Of a DNA stretch of 64,000 bases, positions 44,721-53,992 are shown piece by piece. Position 1 is the first letter of the stretch. Every line of letters starts with the position of its first letter. The notes beneath the pieces were generated by a model. It was not told the origin of the DNA and ran no database searches. It was given only the letters and a program-made list of their open reading frames with translations. Made by a program: the position numbers and the translations under genes. The stretch comes from an uncultured Bdellovibrionales bacterium (GTDB lineage Bacteria > Patescibacteriota > Minisyncoccia > Moranbacterales > UBA1568): NCBI GenBank assembly GCA_964451495.1, contig CAYVHS010000003.1:24826-88825 (forward strand), given 5' to 3'.

Positions 44721-45437
44721 ATGTCTGGACACTCACACTGGGCTACCACTCATCGCGCCAAAGATCTAAACGACGCCAAACGCGGTGCCGTCTTCACCAA
44801 GTACGGCCGCCTCATCACTATCGCGGCGCGGGAAGGTGGGGATCCAGACATGAATTACAAGCTCCGTCTCGCCATCGACAACGCCAAAGGTGTCAATATG
44901 CCGAAAGATAATATCGAGCGAGCTATCAAGGCTGGCACTGGAGAAAACAAAGACGGAGCCATCATCGAAGAGGTACTGTACGAAGCCTACGGACCAAATC
45001 AGGCGGCGCTTCTCATCGAAGGCCTCACTGACAACAAAAACCGCGCTGTAAGCGAAGTAAAAACTATTCTCACGAAGAATAATGGAAAATTTGTTCCCGC
45101 AGGATCCGTCTCATTTATGTTCAAACGCTGTGGCATGATTGTTTTCTCCTTAGAAAAATACAAAGCTGAAGACCTCGAAATGGAAACGATCGAGTCCGGT
45201 GCCGAAGACTTCAAAATTGAAGATGAAGTATTTCTCGTCATTACCAAAGTCGAGGATCTCCAGGCCGTTAAAACCTATTTCGAAAACAAAGACTACACCC
45301 CGCAGGCCTCAGAGCTCGGCTATTTCCCAACCCAAACCGTCACTCTCTCTGGCGCTGACCTGGAGAAATACCTCAAACTCAAGGAACTCCTCGAAGACAA
45401 CGCCGACGTCCAGACCGTGTGGAGCAATGTAAATTAG
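44721..45437 (+). CDS. yebC: YebC/PmpR-family transcriptional regulatory protein
   Basis: 238 aa. MSGHSHWATTHRAKDLNDAKRGAVFTKYGRLITIAAREGGDPDMNYKLRLAID is the canonical family N-terminus. Confidence 0.9.
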   Translation: MSGHSHWATTHRAKDLNDAKRGAVFTKYGRLITIAAREGGDPDMNYKLRLAIDNAKGVNMPKDNIERAIKAGTGENKDGAIIEEVLYEAYGPNQAALLIEGLTDNKNRAVSEVKTILTKNNGKFVPAGSVSFMFKRCGMIVFSLEKYKAEDLEMETIESGAEDFKIEDEVFLVITKVEDLQAVKTYFENKDYTPQASELGYFPTQTVTLSGADLEKYLKLKELLEDNADVQTVWSNVN

Positions 45438-45507
45438 CCCATAGCTGGTGGCTTAGAGTTTTTAAAGGCGATACTATCTTTTCTCTCTACAAGCTGCGGT
45501 TTAAAAT

Positions 45508-46008
45508 TTGGAAACTATGCGAATTTTAGGTATTGACCCGGGTACAGCTACTGTCGGCTGGGGAGTCATCGAAATCTCCGGTGGGGACTACTCCCCTATC
45601 GCATACGGGCATATCAGTACGTCGAAAGAGCTCTCGATGCCAGAGCGTTTGCGCGAGATAGCTGATGATCTCGAATCACTCATCCGTACTCATGAACCAA
45701 CTGAGGCAGCTGTCGAAGAACTTTTCTTTTTCAACAACCAAAAAACGGTTATTTCAGTAGCGCAAGCTCGCGGAGTTATCCTCTTGACTTTAGAGCGTTT
45801 TGGTGTTAGAATATCCGGTTATACTCCGCTTGAAGTAAAACAAGCCCTCACTAATTATGGCCGGGCCGACAAGACTCAGGTGCAGCTCATGACCAAAAAC
45901 ATCCTCAAACTCAAAACTATACCCAAGCCAGATGACGCGGCTGATGCACTCGCTCTGGCTATCTGCCATGCCAATCGAAGGAAGATGGAGCTCATCAAAA
46001 ACTCCTAG
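45508..46008 (+). CDS. ruvC: Holliday junction resolvase RuvC
   Basis: 166 aa. MRILGIDPGTATVGWGVIE...EELFFFNNQKTV...DAADALALAICHA. Confidence 0.9.
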   Translation: METMRILGIDPGTATVGWGVIEISGGDYSPIAYGHISTSKELSMPERLREIADDLESLIRTHEPTEAAVEELFFFNNQKTVISVAQARGVILLTLERFGVRISGYTPLEVKQALTNYGRADKTQVQLMTKNILKLKTIPKPDDAADALALAICHANRRKMELIKNS

Positions 46009-46127
46009 CCTCAATATTTTATTACCACCAACAAGTAGGAGTGCAGACTTCAACCCGCACCGGGTAGCCACACCTACCATCGAACGGATACCTATTATAA
46101 GAAGGTTTTAATTAGCTATTTTATTCT

Positions 46128-46784
46128 ATGCAATACCATCCGCTTATCACTTTTTTTGTCGAGCAAGGACTCCCGCTCCAGACGGTCACTCTTCTCCTCA
46201 TGCTGCCTATAGTCGCGACCTTAGTGGCATTCTTCCGTCAGGTGATCGGCATCAAAGCCTTTGGGATCTATACCCCCTCCATCATCACGTTCGCGCTCGT
46301 CGCTTTTGACCCGAATGGCCTCAAATACGGCATCACAATTTTTATTAGTGTTATTTTGGTGGGGATGGTGTCGCGTTTCATCCTTCAAAAGTTTCGTTTG
46401 CTCTATCTACCACGGGTGGCCATCACTCTTTCTATTGTCTCATTAGCTGTGCTCGGTATCTTGGCAATCGGGGGGGTTTTCCATCGGACAGGACTGGCTG
46501 GCATCGATATTTTCCCGCTCCTTATCATGATTACTTTGGTTGAAAAATTTGTAGCGACTCAAATCGAAAAAGGGAGTCGCGTTGCATTCATACTCGCTAT
46601 CGAAACATTGGTTATTTCTATCGCGGGCTACTTTCTGATACGATGGACTGCCCTAACGTCTCTTATCCTTCACTACCCCTGGGCTATTCTTCCTACCTTC
46701 CTCATCAATTTTTCCCTCGGAAAATGGGACGGTCTCCGTGTCACAGAATATATTCGTTTCCGAAAAATTTTTCGCTACATGTAG
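46128..46784 (+). CDS. Polytopic (6-7 TM) membrane protein, first gene of the ATP-grasp module
   Basis: 218 aa, essentially all TM helices. It sits immediately upstream of two ATP-grasp genes on the same strand. Confidence 0.55.
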   Translation: MQYHPLITFFVEQGLPLQTVTLLLMLPIVATLVAFFRQVIGIKAFGIYTPSIITFALVAFDPNGLKYGITIFISVILVGMVSRFILQKFRLLYLPRVAITLSIVSLAVLGILAIGGVFHRTGLAGIDIFPLLIMITLVEKFVATQIEKGSRVAFILAIETLVISIAGYFLIRWTALTSLILHYPWAILPTFLINFSLGKWDGLRVTEYIRFRKIFRYM

Positions 46785-46815
46785 GCCTCTTCTCTTTGTT
46801 TTTTGACTCTTCCTT

Positions 46816-48213
46816 ATGTTTGAATTTTTCAGGAAAAGCAGTGGGTTGCTCGGCATGAATGCGAGGAATCTCAATTATATTCGCCCCTACAACCGCACGC
46901 GCAGCCGTGAAATAGCGGATAACAAACTTCTCTGTAAACGAATTTTACAGAAAAATGGCCTCGGTGTATCAGCACTGGTGGCCAAAATCCGCACCTACGA
47001 AGAGCTTGACCACTTTGACTGGGCCAGTCTCCCTGATAGCTTTGCACTCAAACCCAATCGTGGTTTTGGAGGCGAAGGCATCCTGGTTGTGTATGCTCGA
47101 AAAAAAAATCGTCCTGATGCTTGGGTCAAGGCCGATGGTTCTATCATAACTATCGAAGATATCAGAAACCATATTCGTAACATCATCGATGGCTCTTTCT
47201 CTCTCAATAACACTCCGGATATCGCTTTTTTTGAAGAACGTCTCAAACTCTCTAAATTTCTCAAGCCCTACACATACAAGGGCATTCCTGATATCCGTGT
47301 TATTATTTTCAATCGTGTCCCTGTCATGGCTATGCTTCGTCTCCCCACGCGTGCTTCTGATGGCAAGGCCAATCTCCAGCAAGGGGCTATCGGCGTAGGT
47401 ATTGATATGGCTACCGGCACGACTACCACCGCCATCTTGGGCAAGGGTCATATCATCGAATATGTTCCCGATACGCGCCTCATTCTCTCTGGTATTAAAA
47501 TTCCCTACTGGAAAGATATCCTCCGCATGTCCATTCAAGCCCAAGAACTTTCTGGATTGGGCTTTCTCGGGGCGGATATTGCTATCGATCGCGAACGAGG
47601 GCCAGTCATCCTCGAGCTCAATGCCAGGCCAGGACTCTCGATCCAGCTCGCCAACCTCTCTGGACTCAAAGAAAGACTCAAGCGTGTCTCTGGGCTCAAA
47701 ATAAAGACATCTGAACGGGGCATGCGAGTCGGCATGAATCTCTTCGGTGGTGAAATCGAAGAAGAAATCGAGGGACTCTCCGGGAAACGAGTCATCGGTA
47801 CTATCGAAAAAGTAAAACTTATCGGCAAAGACGGTGTAGAAATTGAAGTTAACGCCAAAATTGATACCGGCGCCGACTCAACATCTATCGATACCGAACT
47901 CGCCAAAGCACTCGGGTTTGAAAAAACTTTGGAACTTTTTTCCGAAAGAATTACGCCTTATGAAGATATCCTTAGTGAGCTTGTCAAAGAAAAACGAGAA
48001 CGCTTGTTCTCCGATATCCCTGACTTAGCAGACACCGTACCCGTCAAATCCTCCCATGGATATTCCTACCGGCCAAAAATCCTTGTCACGCTCACGATGG
48101 ACATGATAACCTTGCCAGCAAAAGTATCGGTTATCGATCGATCCCATCTCGAATATCAAGTAATTATCGGCCGCAAACATCTCAGAAAATTTCTTGTTGA
48201 TGTAAGTAAATAA
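46816..48213 (+). CDS. ATP-grasp amidoligase (alpha-L-glutamate-ligase-related type) fused to a C-terminal retropepsin-like aspartyl peptidase domain
   Basis: 465 aa. The N-terminus has GMNARNLNYIRPYNR ... ALKPNRGFGGEGILVVY ... VILELNARPGLSIQLAN (ATP-grasp). The C-terminus has VIGTIEKVKLIGKDGVEIEVNAKIDTGADSTSID (DTGA active-site motif of the RimK-associated retropepsin-like fold). Confidence 0.7.
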   Translation: MFEFFRKSSGLLGMNARNLNYIRPYNRTRSREIADNKLLCKRILQKNGLGVSALVAKIRTYEELDHFDWASLPDSFALKPNRGFGGEGILVVYARKKNRPDAWVKADGSIITIEDIRNHIRNIIDGSFSLNNTPDIAFFEERLKLSKFLKPYTYKGIPDIRVIIFNRVPVMAMLRLPTRASDGKANLQQGAIGVGIDMATGTTTTAILGKGHIIEYVPDTRLILSGIKIPYWKDILRMSIQAQELSGLGFLGADIAIDRERGPVILELNARPGLSIQLANLSGLKERLKRVSGLKIKTSERGMRVGMNLFGGEIEEEIEGLSGKRVIGTIEKVKLIGKDGVEIEVNAKIDTGADSTSIDTELAKALGFEKTLELFSERITPYEDILSELVKEKRERLFSDIPDLADTVPVKSSHGYSYRPKILVTLTMDMITLPAKVSVIDRSHLEYQVIIGRKHLRKFLVDVSK

Positions 48214-48225
48214 CTCTACCCTACT

Positions 48226-49230
48226 ATGAACATAAGCGACATTCACGAATACACGCAACACGGGGGGGTCCGCTCTCTTTTGAAACGCGCCATCGAGTGT
48301 GGCATCCGCGTCTCCGCTCTTCCTGGAGCAACTCGTCTCACGCGATTCGACTACGCAGATAAGATTTTTTTTCTCAAAGGCGCCAATGCTCCCGTCATGC
48401 GAAGGATGGGCAATTTTACCAGAGACAAAAACCTCACTAAAACTCTTCTCGAGGCTATCGGGGTCCGAACACCACGCGGCATCGTCGCGAGCTCTGTAAA
48501 AGATGCTTTGGAGCTGATTAAAACACAAGAGCTCTCATTCCCTCTTATCCTAAAACCGACGCATGGGTCGAGGGCACTGGGGGTAACATGGGATATACGT
48601 TCTGAAAAAAACCTTCGGGGAGCTTTTGCTCATTTTCAAGTTATCAGCAAAAAAAATGATTTTAAGAAAATTACCTTTCTGGTCGAAGAAATGTTCATTG
48701 GCAATGAATACCGCGTACTCGTTCTAAATGACAAAGTCATCTCCTGCGTGGAAAAGGTGCCAGCAACCGTCATCGGCGATGGAGAATCATCAACACAAGC
48801 CCTCATCGATGCATTCAACAAGACTCGCCTTTTAGGATTCAAAATCCGTGTCGATGCCATCGTTAAAAACACTCTCAAAGCGAAGGGGTTAACACTCAAA
48901 TCAATCCTTCCTCATAATTATGTTCTGCGGCTCAGAAATAATCTCAACATGTCTGATGGAGGCCGATCCATCGACAGGACAGCGGCTATCCACCAGTCAT
49001 TCAAAGACCTCTGTGTCAAAGCGACAGAGATTACCGGCCTTACTTTTGCTGGTGTTGATGTTATCGCAAAAGATATTTCTACATCAGCCAAGCAAGGCTC
49101 TTATGTTATCCTCGAACTCAATCCAAATCCATATTACAACATGAATGAAAAACCCCTCGTAGAAGGCAAAGGGGTCGATGTCTCACTCCTCCTCCTGAAA
49201 AATATCTTTCCGTCGCTCAAGAAGAATTAG
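48226..49230 (+). CDS. ATP-grasp family ligase (RimK / cyanophycin-synthetase-N-terminal-like)
   Basis: 334 aa. LTKTLLEAIGVRTPRG...FPLILKPTHGSRALGV...YRVLVLNDKVISCVEK...YVILELNPNPYYNMNE fits an ATP-grasp fold. Confidence 0.7.
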   Translation: MNISDIHEYTQHGGVRSLLKRAIECGIRVSALPGATRLTRFDYADKIFFLKGANAPVMRRMGNFTRDKNLTKTLLEAIGVRTPRGIVASSVKDALELIKTQELSFPLILKPTHGSRALGVTWDIRSEKNLRGAFAHFQVISKKNDFKKITFLVEEMFIGNEYRVLVLNDKVISCVEKVPATVIGDGESSTQALIDAFNKTRLLGFKIRVDAIVKNTLKAKGLTLKSILPHNYVLRLRNNLNMSDGGRSIDRTAAIHQSFKDLCVKATEITGLTFAGVDVIAKDISTSAKQGSYVILELNPNPYYNMNEKPLVEGKGVDVSLLLLKNIFPSLKKN

Positions 49231-49293
49231 CCACGCAATTACAACCAAGAAAATGGTAGGCTCTAGCAGCTGATTGAAACGTTAACAGCATAC

Positions 49294-49330
49294 AAAAAAC
49301 CACCCTTCGATAGACTCTAGGTGGTTTTTA
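49294..49330. terminator. Bidirectional intrinsic terminator between the ATP-grasp module (+) and the PBP gene (-)
   Basis: aaaaaaccacccttcgatagactctaggtggttttta, stem ACCACC/GGTGGT with an A-run upstream and a T-run downstream. Confidence 0.6.
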
Positions 49331-49344
49331 TTTCAAACATCTCC

Positions 49345-52008
49345 TTAGGGGGTGGTCACAGTAATGCTCTTCTGGTCGCTCACTTTGTTCCCATTATCAT
49401 CTTCCACTTCCACTTTAACCGAAAGAGAAGACTTGTCCGATGGAACGGAGTAACTCACAGAATATGATTCTGATTCGCCTGAACCAACCTCGGATCCCTC
49501 GACAGAGTACTTCACACTTTTTACTCCATAGGGGGCATCAATATTAGCACGGAGAGTAATAGAGGATGATGCCTCCGCGCTCCCTGGCACAGAGAGACTC
49601 ACTTCTGGCATATTCCCCTTAAAATCACTTGCCTTACAATCATCCCTCGGTGGAGCCGCCATGGTTTTAGACCCTTTCTTCTGACTCTTATACCAATCCT
49701 TTACCCCCTCTTCCCAATTTTTATACTGGGAATTACTCTCTGGCTTATCTGGAATTGGCCCGCGCGGATCGTCTGTCGACACATAATGCAAGATATCATG
49801 CGGGCTGATAAAATCTTTCTTTTCCGTATCGCTATCCGAACAATATTTATTAGCGAGACAATAGGTATTTTTTTCGCCAGGAATTTTACAAACTTTCAAA
49901 TTCTCCTCTTTCTCAAGTTTTCCAGCGAGCATAGGTTTATTGGTTTTACCATCACCGTCACCGATCTCATCATCAGGATTATATTTCGGAAATTCTTCAA
50001 CCGCATAATTTGCTAACGCCTTATCAAGAAACGCCCGCCAGATGGGCGCGGCAACATTCACACCATCCGCTCCCGCTATCATAGACGAGTTATCATTATT
50101 CCCCGCCCACACACCAACAGCGAGTGATGGAGTATACCCAATAGTCCATCCGTCTCGGAATTCATTTGTGGTGCCCGTCTTCGCTGCCACAGGACGATTG
50201 TCGAATCGAAGTGGACTATTCTCACCAAATACCCACGCACGATTATCATTGTTCGAAAGAATTGAATCGAGCATTGCTACATACTTTTCATCCACAACAC
50301 GCTCACCAGCATCTACCTTGAACTCTTCGAGCACTCCACCCTTAGCATCCTCAATCTTAAGAACAGAGGCTCCACTCCGTTTAATTCCACCTGTCGCAAG
50401 TGTACTAAAGGCGTTTACATGATCGAGAAGCTTCACATCCCCACCACCGAGCACAAGTGAGAGCCCTAATTGATCCAAATTATTCAAACCAGAAATTCCC
50501 AGGTTCTTAGCTAGAGTGACGGCGTCTTTTACACCGACAAGGTACAACATCTTCACAGCGGGTACATTAAGCGATCCACCGAGCGCCTTCATCACTGATA
50601 CGGGCCCATGAAACTCCCCCGTATAGTTCTGGGGTTCATAGCTTTTTCCTTCTGCGGTCTCAAACTGCGTCTTCACATCATAGAGCATCGTTTCTGGTAA
50701 ATACCCTTTCGTAAAAGCCGATAGATACACATATGGCTTAAATGATGATCCTGGTTGCTGAAGAGATGTGGCCACATTGAAGTTTGGTTCAAATACACAA
50801 GATTTTCCAGAAACACAATTGGCTGGCTCTGGTGTACCAAAATAATCCTTGGATCCAACCATAGCGAGGATCTGTCCAGTTTTCGGATCCATCGCGACCA
50901 GCGCAGCATTCGCTGATTTCCACTTCTTATTTTTTTCCACTCCTTCACGCACTGCCTGCTCAGCAGCCTGCTGTTTATCCCAATCAAGCGTAGTCGTCAC
51001 TTTGAAACCACTCTGTTCCACCGCCTGGTCTCCATACTTCTGCTGTAAATAATCCTTAATAAACATGACAAAATGCGGCGCAGCAATGATATTTTTTTGT
51101 GGTTGAATCTTGTCGAGTGTATTAGTATCCAAAGCCTCATTTGCTTGATCTTCAGAGATATACCCCAGACTCTTCATTTGCTTCAAAGCAAAGGCTTTGC
51201 GACCAATAAGGGCATCGCGATGAGACCCATAGGGAGAATAATACGCCGTGGCCTGAGGAAGGGCCGCGATAAGGGCCGCTTCATCTAGAGAGAGTTCCCG
51301 AGCTGGCTTACCAAAAAAAGTCTGTGCAGCAGCTTCTACACCATATGCATTTGACCCATAAGGAATTTCATTGAGATACATTGCCAAGATTTCATCTTTG
51401 GAAAACTTTGTTTCCATCTCGAGCGAAAGAATTACTTCTTTGATTTTTCTCGTCAAAGTCTTTTCATTCGAGAGAAGTGAGTTTTTCACAAACTGCTGAG
51501 TAATAGTCGATCCACCCTGCGCTTTACCAAATTGTGTAATATCTTTGAATATAGAACGAGCGATTGAGGTGAGTTTAATACCATGATGTGAATAAAAATC
51601 CTGGTCCTCGAGACTAATTGTGGCATATTTCACAACATCAGGCATATCTGAAAACGGTATAATAGTGCGCTTCTCCTCTCCATGTACTTCATATAGAAGA
51701 TGCACTCCAGTTCGATCGTATATTTTCGTTGATTCTGGTATGAAACGAGTATTGACACTCCCTGGACTTGGAAGATCTTTAGCAAAAAATGCAAAAACAC
51801 CAATAATTACAATAATACCCACAAAAGAAAGACTAAGCATCCCTTTCCAAAGAAGGGGCCAAATTTTATTTTTCTGCTTTGTTTCCGGAAGAAATCTCCG
51901 CTTTTTAAGAAGAAATGCCATAAAAATACCAAAAGGATACACACTCATTATACACCATACAAAAGCCACCTCACACAAAACACCCCCTTCCCTTGTTTTT
52001 ATTATCAA
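49345..52008 (-). CDS. Class A penicillin-binding protein (transglycosylase + transpeptidase) with a C-terminal Ser-rich repeat extension
   Basis: 887 aa. GT51 motifs (EDQDFYSHHGI, GGSTITQQ), a transpeptidase SxxK (SSFKPYVYL) and KTGT. The start may be an internal Met. Confidence 0.85.
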   Translation of the reverse strand: MIIKTREGGVLCEVAFVWCIMSVYPFGIFMAFLLKKRRFLPETKQKNKIWPLLWKGMLSLSFVGIIVIIGVFAFFAKDLPSPGSVNTRFIPESTKIYDRTGVHLLYEVHGEEKRTIIPFSDMPDVVKYATISLEDQDFYSHHGIKLTSIARSIFKDITQFGKAQGGSTITQQFVKNSLLSNEKTLTRKIKEVILSLEMETKFSKDEILAMYLNEIPYGSNAYGVEAAAQTFFGKPARELSLDEAALIAALPQATAYYSPYGSHRDALIGRKAFALKQMKSLGYISEDQANEALDTNTLDKIQPQKNIIAAPHFVMFIKDYLQQKYGDQAVEQSGFKVTTTLDWDKQQAAEQAVREGVEKNKKWKSANAALVAMDPKTGQILAMVGSKDYFGTPEPANCVSGKSCVFEPNFNVATSLQQPGSSFKPYVYLSAFTKGYLPETMLYDVKTQFETAEGKSYEPQNYTGEFHGPVSVMKALGGSLNVPAVKMLYLVGVKDAVTLAKNLGISGLNNLDQLGLSLVLGGGDVKLLDHVNAFSTLATGGIKRSGASVLKIEDAKGGVLEEFKVDAGERVVDEKYVAMLDSILSNNDNRAWVFGENSPLRFDNRPVAAKTGTTNEFRDGWTIGYTPSLAVGVWAGNNDNSSMIAGADGVNVAAPIWRAFLDKALANYAVEEFPKYNPDDEIGDGDGKTNKPMLAGKLEKEENLKVCKIPGEKNTYCLANKYCSDSDTEKKDFISPHDILHYVSTDDPRGPIPDKPESNSQYKNWEEGVKDWYKSQKKGSKTMAAPPRDDCKASDFKGNMPEVSLSVPGSAEASSSITLRANIDAPYGVKSVKYSVEGSEVGSGESESYSVSYSVPSDKSSLSVKVEVEDDNGNKVSDQKSITVTTP

Positions 52009-52074
52009 ACCCTACCTAATCATGCGAAGGAGGGTGGATAATGACCACCATCTCAACTCGAGGTGTATACCGTG

Positions 52075-52362
52075 CTATTGAGAAATTTTCACCTCCACCA
52101 CACCTTCACATCCCAGTACAGTATTAATTCTTTCTCGTATACGGTCTCTTTGGAGCCAGACTTCACTCGACCACAAAGAACTCCTCGGTGTTAAAAACAG
52201 TTTTTTCTCTTTATAGAAGCTCGGTATAATATTTTCTCCTCCACGCACACCATATTCCTCAATCAAAACCCGCTTACAGACATAAAAAACTGTCTTCTCA
52301 TCAAGAACTTCTGGGTTAAGAACTGTTTTCTTTAGAGGAAGGAGCTCTTTTAATGTCCGCAT
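52075..52362 (-). CDS. DUF721 (DciA-like) protein
   Basis: 95 aa. ...LFLTPRSSLWSSEVWLQRDRIRERINTVLG...VVEVKI matches the DUF721 pattern. It is positioned next to dnaN as in many genomes. Confidence 0.6.
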   Translation of the reverse strand: MRTLKELLPLKKTVLNPEVLDEKTVFYVCKRVLIEEYGVRGGENIIPSFYKEKKLFLTPRSSLWSSEVWLQRDRIRERINTVLGCEGVVEVKISQ

Positions 52363-52559
52363 ACCCAGTAATGAAACTTCGACAATATTCTCTTTGTTAT
52401 TGTCGATAATTAAGCTAATATATTATTTATCAACTTCTTTTTTCATATCACTCAAGCACTCATCAAAGTTCTACTACTGGACATATTTCTATTACTACAC
52501 AAAGTGAAAATATATATTCACTTTTGAGCAAATACTTGTAAAATCAGTTAAACAAACCA

Positions 52560-53708
52560 TTATTTCTTGATTGGCATTATAATATAAAGATATTCATTTT
52601 GAACACTATTATTTTTACTAACCATTTTCAGCGCGGCGGGAGTTGTCCCTGTATTCGCACAAAAAAGCATCTTTTCACTTGAAAGAGCATTCACCCCCTC
52701 TAAAACATACCGTGGATTAAATACTATTCTAAGCGGCGTCGCTTCTTGTAAAAATTCTCCCTCAAGCACAGTTTTATTCTCACCTATCTCTTGTGATGAA
52801 GAGGTGACTGTACAGGATTTTGCTTGTGGATCAAAAGAAAGAGTGATTTCATTAGCATCATACGAAGAAAAAGCACTCGCTATTTTTATTGCTCGCTGAA
52901 AGGCCTCTTTATTAAAAACACATTGCAAAGAAAAAGATTGTGGAATTATCTGCTTATAATCAGGATATTTTCCATTAATTACACGTGAAATTATCTGCAC
53001 TCCATCAATTTCAAAAAAAATCTGATTTTCTTCAAGCGCAATCTTTACCTCATTACTCTCAGGGGTAATAACACGATTAATCTCCTGTAATGTACCACTT
53101 GGAAGAATAAGTGATGGATTCTGCTCTAAAAAGTCTTCATATCGGCTCTTATGTTCTAAAAATGGAATCACTTCTTCCGCAAGACGAAAACTATCTGTTG
53201 CTGCTAAATGAAGAGCATCTTTTAAAAAGAATATATTTACTCCAGTTAATTCAAGACGAGCCTCATTTAAACTCACACAAAATAAAAGCCTAGAAAGAGC
53301 GCTTTTTAATTCTTGAGCTGGGAAAGAAAATAAATATTCCTTTTTATATTGTGGAATAATAGGAAAATCCTTTCCATCTAAGCCTTTTATCCTCATTTGA
53401 TGAGAAGTGCTTGATATTTTTAATGTTTGATTATCAGATTCAAGCTCTAAAACATCACCACTAGGAAGATTATGGATAAAATTACTCAATAATTTAGCTG
53501 GGATAGCAATTTTCCCTTCCTTTTCTATTTTTGCCCCTATATATGATATAACACCAATTTCTAGATTTGTTGCAGAAAGTTTTAATCTTCCATTTTCTGT
53601 TTCTAGAAGAAAGTTACTTAGAATAGGTAGTGTAGATTGTTTTCCTACTACTCGCTCGAGATATGTGAGGGATTTTGCAAGATTTTCTTGGGTACAAATA
53701 AGTTTCAT
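52560..53708 (-). CDS. dnaN: DNA polymerase III beta sliding clamp
   Basis: 382 aa. MKLICTQENLAKSLTYLERVVGKQSTLPILSNFLLETENGRLKLSATNLEIGV. Confidence 0.9.
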   Translation of the reverse strand: MKLICTQENLAKSLTYLERVVGKQSTLPILSNFLLETENGRLKLSATNLEIGVISYIGAKIEKEGKIAIPAKLLSNFIHNLPSGDVLELESDNQTLKISSTSHQMRIKGLDGKDFPIIPQYKKEYLFSFPAQELKSALSRLLFCVSLNEARLELTGVNIFFLKDALHLAATDSFRLAEEVIPFLEHKSRYEDFLEQNPSLILPSGTLQEINRVITPESNEVKIALEENQIFFEIDGVQIISRVINGKYPDYKQIIPQSFSLQCVFNKEAFQRAIKIASAFSSYDANEITLSFDPQAKSCTVTSSSQEIGENKTVLEGEFLQEATPLRIVFNPRYVLEGVNALSSEKMLFCANTGTTPAALKMVSKNNSVQNEYLYIIMPIKK

Positions 53709-53992
53709 AGAAATATAGTGATGAATAAACCCACTCTTAGTAATAGAATCTTTTTTTTAAAAAATATAAATACTTTTATTATGATTAGTGTGGTGGATAT
53801 CTGGATAAGTTCTATTTTTGTTTTAGGAGGGGCCTTAAAAGAGAATAAGCTTTTGTATAAAAAAGAGCAAATGTGTTTATTTTGAGTATAATTTTAAAGG
53901 AGAATTTTTGTTTGGGGTTTTATTCACTAAATATGTTTTTCTATACAGTGTTTATTAACCATATTTCTCGACTTATACAGACTTATACAGGG
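53709..53992. other. dnaA-dnaN intergenic AT-rich region with DnaA-box-like sites and a 10-bp tandem repeat (candidate oriC element/DUE)
   Basis: gtgtggtggatatctggataagttc contains two TGGATA(A)-core boxes. acttatacag occurs twice in tandem at 53961..53980. The region is very AT-rich. Confidence 0.4.

Noticed and set aside
46969-47544. 191-aa minus-strand ORF
   Set aside because: It is antisense to the ATP-grasp/retropepsin gene, whose ATP-grasp and DTGA motifs are clear.
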